From Acidimicrobiales bacterium (GTDB lineage: Bacteria > Actinomycetota > Acidimicrobiia > Acidimicrobiales > CATQHL01), in the NCBI GenBank assembly GCA_965209115.1, contig CBDBQD010000001.1:1122071-1186070 (forward strand): a DNA stretch of 64,000 nt, read 5' to 3'. Position 1 is the stretch's first letter. Each line of letters begins with the position of its first letter. This document shows, piece after piece, positions 59,093 to 64,000 of this stretch. Position numbers and translations under genes: made by a program. A model generated the notes under the pieces. That model was given only the letters and a program-made list of their open reading frames with translations. It ran no database searches and was not told the DNA's origin.

Positions 59093-60754
59093 TCATCGCA
59101 CAGCCCCGGTCATGGCATCACCAACCGCTCGCCGGTCGTACGGCCCGTCGAATCGGGCGACGATCTGTCCGCCGTACATCACCAGCAGCCGATCGGACAG
59201 CTCGAACAGCTCGTCGAGGTCCGAGGAGATCAGCAGCACGCCGGCGCCGGCGTCGCGCAGGCCCCGCAGCGAGCGACGCACGAACTCGGTGGCGGCGAAG
59301 TCCAGGCCGCGGGTCGGCTGCGCGGCCACCAGCGCCTCCAGCCCCGAGTCCAGTTCGCGGGAGAGGATCAACCGCTGAATGTTCCCTCCGGAGAGGCTCT
59401 CGGCGGGTTGGGTGACGTTGTCGTAGCGCACCCGCCAGCGGTCCATCGCCTGGGTCGCCTGCCACTTGTACTGGCGTAGCGAGATCAGCGGGCTGCGCCG
59501 CTGCCACCAGTCGTTGAGAAGTCGCGCCATCTGCCGCGGACCGCGGTCAGACGACCCGGGCGAATGGACTGCATGCACCCATCCGCGGCGAGGCGGATAA
59601 AGGGTTTCCAGCCCTTCTCGACCGATTAGACGCAGCGCCGACTGGTTCAGCCACAGCGGCGCGCTCTGGCTGACGCCCTCCGTGTTGCGGTCGAAGGGCA
59701 CCAGGCGCAATCCCCGCATCCGCCGCCGCGCAGGTGCCGCGGCGGTCATCTCGTCGCCGTCGATGTGGATGGATCCCTCGCTGAGCGGGCTCAGGCCCGC
59801 GATCACCGACACGAGGCTGCGCTGCCCGTTGCCCTCCACGCCGGCGACCCCGACGATCTCGCCTGCCTCAACCCGGAGGTCTACGCCGCTCAGACCCGGT
59901 TCGAAGGCCGACTCACCGCTCGATACGCCCGCCAATTCGAGGAGCGTCTCCTGGTCGTGGGCTATAGCCCGCACGCCGACTTCGTCGTCGGCGTGATCCG
60001 CCGGGCCGACGATCGCGTCGCTGAGGCGACCTTGAGACACTTCGGACATCTCGGCGGGGCCCAGTACCAGTTCGCCGTCGCGCAGCACGCTGACGGTGTC
60101 GGCCACCGCCGCAACCTCGCGGAGCTTGTGCAGGACGACGAGGACCGTGACGCCGCTGTCGCGCAGGTGCCGCAGCCGCTCGAAGAGCGCGTCGGTGGCC
60201 ACCGGCGTCAACAGGGCCGTGGGCTCGTCCAGCAGCAGCACGGACGCCTCCGTGGCCAGGGCGCGGACGATCTCGAGGGACTGGCGGGCCTCGACGGGCA
60301 GGTCGCGGATGCGCGTCGACAGCGCGGCGGTCCCGCCGATCTCGGCCACGTCGTCGCGCCAACGTTGCTGGAGGTCGCCGCGGCGGTAGACGGCGCGGCC
60401 CCCCGGCCGGGCCGCGGTCAGCTCAAGAGCCTCCGCCACGGTGAAGGAGGGCGGCAGCGAGAAGTGCTGGTGCACCATCGCCAGGCCGGCGGCCTTGGCG
60501 GCGCTCACGTCGCCCGGCGGGATCTCCTTCCCGGCGATGTGGACGTCGCCGGTGTCGGGCACCTGCAGGCCGCCAAGCACTTTGGCGAGGGTGGTCTTGC
60601 CGGCACCGTTCTGGCCGACGAGGGCGTGGATGCGCCCGGGCGCCAACTCCAGGCTGACGCCGTGCAGCGCCCGGACGGCGCCGAAGGAGACGCCGAGCGA
60701 CCGGCAGCGAACCGCCGGGGCCCCGGCGGGAGCCGGTCCGCTCGGCGCCGTCAT
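59093..60754 (-). CDS. ABC transporter ATP-binding protein with two fused ATPase domains
   Basis: Start at MTAPSGPAPAG. First Walker A GQNGAGKTTL. Second-domain signature LSGGNIQR followed by AAQPTRGLD. Confidence 0.85.
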   Translation of the reverse strand: MTAPSGPAPAGAPAVRCRSLGVSFGAVRALHGVSLELAPGRIHALVGQNGAGKTTLAKVLGGLQVPDTGDVHIAGKEIPPGDVSAAKAAGLAMVHQHFSLPPSFTVAEALELTAARPGGRAVYRRGDLQQRWRDDVAEIGGTAALSTRIRDLPVEARQSLEIVRALATEASVLLLDEPTALLTPVATDALFERLRHLRDSGVTVLVVLHKLREVAAVADTVSVLRDGELVLGPAEMSEVSQGRLSDAIVGPADHADDEVGVRAIAHDQETLLELAGVSSGESAFEPGLSGVDLRVEAGEIVGVAGVEGNGQRSLVSVIAGLSPLSEGSIHIDGDEMTAAAPARRRMRGLRLVPFDRNTEGVSQSAPLWLNQSALRLIGREGLETLYPPRRGWVHAVHSPGSSDRGPRQMARLLNDWWQRRSPLISLRQYKWQATQAMDRWRVRYDNVTQPAESLSGGNIQRLILSRELDSGLEALVAAQPTRGLDFAATEFVRRSLRGLRDAGAGVLLISSDLDELFELSDRLLVMYGGQIVARFDGPYDRRAVGDAMTGAVR

Positions 60755-60773
60755 CGGTTGGAGATTAGTTCTC

Positions 60774-61943
60774 TCAGAGTTCGGGGTTGAAGGGGACCTC
60801 CAGCGACCCGTCCTTGATGGCCGAGCGTGCCGCATCGACCTCGCCGAGCGTGGCGTTGATGATGTCCACCATCTCGGCTGGCCCGCTCTCGAGGAAGTTG
60901 GGGCTGACGACGAGGTCCACCCCGCCCTCGGCCACACCGGCCCCGACGTAGCCGGGGGTGTAGTCGTCGCTGATTGCGTGCTCCACCTGGGCGTGGAGAA
61001 TTTCGGCCCAGTACAGCAGAACGCCGGCGATCACGTTCGGGCTGTCGAAGTAGTTCACCGAGCCGCCGATCACGTAGCCGCCCTTCTCCTCGGCGGCCTG
61101 GATGACGCCGAGGTCGGTGGCCGCGGCGTCGGTCATGATGATGTCCACGCCGCCGTCGTACAGCGCCGCACCCAGCTCGCGTCCCTTGGCGGGATCCTCG
61201 AAGGAGTCGGCGAAGGCGGCCTCACCGGTGATGGCGGAGTTCTTGGTCTGCGCCGCCGCCACGAAGGCGTTGTAGTCGGCGTTCAGCGGCGGGATGGACA
61301 CACCGCCCACGAAGCCGACCTTGCCCGTGGTGTTGAGCGCCCCGGCCAGGATGCCGGCCAGATAGGTGCCCTTGTAGTAGTCGAACCCAATGGAGACCAG
61401 GTTGTCGATGCCGCCCTCGAACCCGAAGATGTGGATCCAGCGGGTGTCGGGGAAGTCGGGCGCCACGAGCGTGACGACCTCCTGCATGGGCGGGAACGTC
61501 ACGGCGATGATGTCGGTGCCCTGGTTGGCGAGGTTGCGCAGGATCGTCTCGAAGGTCGACGGGTCCGTCGCCTCGATGAAGGTGGTTTCGGCGCCGAAGT
61601 CGGCCTCCACCAGTCCCAGTCCTCGAACGAGGTCGTCGATGGGTCCCAGGTCGCCGGCGCGCTGGTTGGCCACGAGGGCGACCGTGAGCGGCTCCTCCGG
61701 TGCCGGTGCCGGTGCGGGCTCGGGCGGGGGCGGCGGCTCGGGCGCCGGTGCGGGCTCGGGCGCCGGTGCAGGCTCAGGTGGGGGCGGCGGCTCGGGTGCG
61801 GGCTCCGGCGAGGGTGCCGGTGCCGGAGCGGGTTCGGGAGCGGGCGCCGGTGCTGCGGTCGTCCCGCCGTCGTCCCCGCCGCAGGCTGCCGCAACCAGTG
61901 CGACGGCCACCAAGAGGGCCAAGAAAGTGCGTCGATGTCTCAT
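60774..61943 (-). CDS. BMP family (Med/PnrA-like) ABC substrate-binding lipoprotein
   Basis: GGGAGGA upstream of the ATG. Lipobox LVAAAC and an (E)PAP-repeat tether, then a BMP-family body. Confidence 0.85.
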   Translation of the reverse strand: MRHRRTFLALLVAVALVAAACGGDDGGTTAAPAPAPEPAPAPAPSPEPAPEPPPPPEPAPAPEPAPAPEPPPPPEPAPAPAPEEPLTVALVANQRAGDLGPIDDLVRGLGLVEADFGAETTFIEATDPSTFETILRNLANQGTDIIAVTFPPMQEVVTLVAPDFPDTRWIHIFGFEGGIDNLVSIGFDYYKGTYLAGILAGALNTTGKVGFVGGVSIPPLNADYNAFVAAAQTKNSAITGEAAFADSFEDPAKGRELGAALYDGGVDIIMTDAAATDLGVIQAAEEKGGYVIGGSVNYFDSPNVIAGVLLYWAEILHAQVEHAISDDYTPGYVGAGVAEGGVDLVVSPNFLESGPAEMVDIINATLGEVDAARSAIKDGSLEVPFNPEL

Positions 61944-62054
61944 CGGATCCTCCCTGTTCGACACGGTGTGTTCACGATAGTACAGATTTTCAATTCATAG
62001 AAGTGAAGCGGACTCGCCACAGACAGGGCAACTCACCGGGATCTGACGCTCATT

Positions 62055-62828
62055 TCAGCGTCCCCGCCAATGGGGGGCTCGCTTCTCGATGAAGGCCTGC
62101 ACACCCTCGTCCCCGTCCTCGGAGTTCAGCACCTCGATGAGCGCCGGGAGGTTGGCCATGCGGGCGTCGGCGGCGGTCATGTGGGCGGTGCGGCGGATGA
62201 TCTGCTTGATTGCCCGCAGCGAGAGCGGGGCGCAGGCCAGCAGGTTCTCCAGCCAGCGGTCGACCGTGGCGTCCAGGTCGGCAGCGGGGACCACCTCGTT
62301 GAGGAGGCCCAGCGCCAGCGCCTCGGTCGCGGTGAAACGGCGGCCGGTCAGCAGCACCTCCATGGCCCACTTGGCCGGCAACTGGCGCGCCAGCGAGACG
62401 ATCCCGCCGTCGAGGGGCAGGCGCCCCAGCCGCGGCTCGACGAAGCCCATCTCGGCGTTCTCCGAGGCCACCGCCAGGTCGCAACCCACCACCAGTTCCA
62501 GGCCGCCGCCGAGGGCGTAGCCGTTGACCCTGGCCAACACCGGCACGTCGAGGGATTCCCGCAACGTCAGGTGCCCGAAGCCGTCGGGGCGGGCCTGTAG
62601 CCAGTGGTCCATGCCGGTGCGGCCCTCGGCCTGCATGTCGTCGCCGGCGCAGAACGCCCGGTCGCCGGCGCCGGTGAGCACCACGACCCGCACCGAGCGA
62701 TCGGCCTCGATCGCCTCCCAGGCACGCCGCAGGTCCTCCTGGTGGGCCTCGTCGATGGCGTTCAGCCGCTCGGGGCGGTTGATGGTGACCCGGGCGACGT
62801 GGTCGCTGACACTCAGATCGATGCTCAC
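62055..62828 (-). CDS. Enoyl-CoA hydratase/isomerase family protein
   Basis: VARVTINRPERLNAI, FCAGDDM and GYALGGGLELVVGCD. Confidence 0.85.
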   Translation of the reverse strand: MSIDLSVSDHVARVTINRPERLNAIDEAHQEDLRRAWEAIEADRSVRVVVLTGAGDRAFCAGDDMQAEGRTGMDHWLQARPDGFGHLTLRESLDVPVLARVNGYALGGGLELVVGCDLAVASENAEMGFVEPRLGRLPLDGGIVSLARQLPAKWAMEVLLTGRRFTATEALALGLLNEVVPAADLDATVDRWLENLLACAPLSLRAIKQIIRRTAHMTAADARMANLPALIEVLNSEDGDEGVQAFIEKRAPHWRGR

Positions 62829-62859
62829 CGCGTCGCTCCTCGGACCCTCGGGTCGATGT

Positions 62860-64000
62860 TCATGCCAGCACCCCCGCGGCGGTCAGGGCCTCGATCCACT
62901 CGGGCGCGATGCCGTAGTCGGCCAGCGCCTCGGCGGCGCCCTCTCCGAGGCCGGGCGGCGGGCGGTGCGGCGTCGGCGGCGTGTCGGGCAGGTGCACCGG
63001 TGACGCCACCGACCGCAGCGGCGCCCGCCCGTTGCGGGGCATCTCGGTGATCATGGGCGCCGTGTGCGGATCCGACAGCGCCTCGGGGAGGGTCCGCACG
63101 GGGGCGCAGAGCACGTCGGCGGCCTCCAGTCGCTCGATCACCTCGGCGGTGCTGAAGCGCCCGATGGCATCGGTCAGCAGCGCCTGCAGGCGGCCCTTGT
63201 TGGCGGCCTGCGCCTCCATACCGGCGAAGTCCGGGTGCTCGGAGAGGTCCTCCAGACCCAGGGCCGCGCAGATGTCGCGCAGCGGATTCGGCTTGAAGGC
63301 GCCGACCAGCACGATCTCGCCGTCGCTGGTGGCGAACGTCCCCACCATCGGCATGCGCGCCCAGTTCAGGGTGGGGCGATCCATCAGCGCCATGGTGGCC
63401 TCGAGGATCTGCATCGCTAGCAGCGAGTCGTACAGCGACACCTCCACCCGCTGGCCGCGGCCGGTCCGCTGACGCTGCAGCAGGGCCATGAGGATGCCCT
63501 GCACCATGTTCATCCCGGCGGTGTAGTCGGCGAGGGAGATGGGATAGATGGCAGTGGGGTGATCTTCGTGGGCTTTGTGCGACATCGCTCCCGTCAGCGC
63601 CTGCGCCAGGATGTCCTGGCCGCCCTTGCGCACGTAGGCCCCCTTGCTGCCGAAGCCGGTGCCCTGCGCCCAGACGATGCGCGGGTTCAGGCCGGCCAGT
63701 CGCTCGTAGCCCAGCCCCAGGCGCTCCATGACCCCGGGTCGGTAGTTGTTGACCACCACGTCGGCGGTTCGCACGAGGTCGTCGATCAGCGCCAGGCCAT
63801 CGGGCGCACGCACGTCGATGACGAGGCTGCGCTTGTTGCGGTTCACGGCCCCGAAGGCGGGGTGCTGGGTGCCGTCGGGGTCGACGAGGGCGTGGCGGAA
63901 GATGTCGCCGGTGCCGGGCCGCTCGATCTTCAGCACGTCAGCGCCGTGGTCGGCCAGGAGTTGAGTCGCGACCGGGCCCATCATGATCTGGGAGAAGTCC
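62860..64000 (-). CDS. CoA transferase, family III (CaiB/BaiF-like), N-terminus beyond the window edge
   Basis: GADVLKIERPGTGD motif. The frame is still open at base 64000. Confidence 0.85.
   Translation of the reverse strand, partial: DFSQIMMGPVATQLLADHGADVLKIERPGTGDIFRHALVDPDGTQHPAFGAVNRNKRSLVIDVRAPDGLALIDDLVRTADVVVNNYRPGVMERLGLGYERLAGLNPRIVWAQGTGFGSKGAYVRKGGQDILAQALTGAMSHKAHEDHPTAIYPISLADYTAGMNMVQGILMALLQRQRTGRGQRVEVSLYDSLLAMQILEATMALMDRPTLNWARMPMVGTFATSDGEIVLVGAFKPNPLRDICAALGLEDLSEHPDFAGMEAQAANKGRLQALLTDAIGRFSTAEVIERLEAADVLCAPVRTLPEALSDPHTAPMITEMPRNGRAPLRSVASPVHLPDTPPTPHRPPPGLGEGAAEALADYGIAPEWIEALTAAGVLA

Overview
High-GC (about 68-70%) bacterial chromosomal window. It is probably actinobacterial, an inference from the GC content, lipobox lipoproteins with long Pro/Ala tethers and the Uma2, LLM and CocE families. 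About 55 protein-coding genes can be supported. I recognised no rRNA, tRNA, CRISPR array, integrase or transposase. The two ends are metabolic and transport clusters. (a) 1-16.4 kb: partial NitT/TauT-type ABC ATPase, LLM oxidoreductase, P450, a peptide/nickel-type ABC importer with three tandem paralogous binding proteins and no ATPase gene, and acyl-CoA ligase/crotonase/hydrolase/SDR genes. (b) 38-64 kb: acyl-CoA synthetase, IlvD/Edd dehydratase, SDRs, a 13-kb plus-strand locus joining a sugar ABC importer to a hydantoinase A/B pair, a BMP-family ABC importer, a crotonase and a CoA-transferase. The middle (about 16.4-37.7 kb) looks accessory and decayed. It holds an AbiEi-like/nucleotidyltransferase-like gene pair and an RHH-PIN cassette whose PIN gene is frameshifted. 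It also holds internally deleted and frameshifted remnants of a DUF1156 methylase and a DUF499 ATPase. Two DUF4143 AAA ATPase genes sit exactly at rearrangement junctions: one lies between about 300-bp diverged direct repeats, the other abuts a truncated Fic gene. A YHYH lipoprotein, a small protein made of seven 11-residue repeats, and a four-family mosaic ORF are also present. Several dispersed non-coding repeat families occupy the intergenic DNA: GTCAT[TC]CCGGC...GCCGG[AG]ATCC hairpins including two tandem arrays, a 37-bp identical direct repeat pair, and an 80-110 bp C-rich modular element. All family assignments come from motif recognition by eye; no database search was run.
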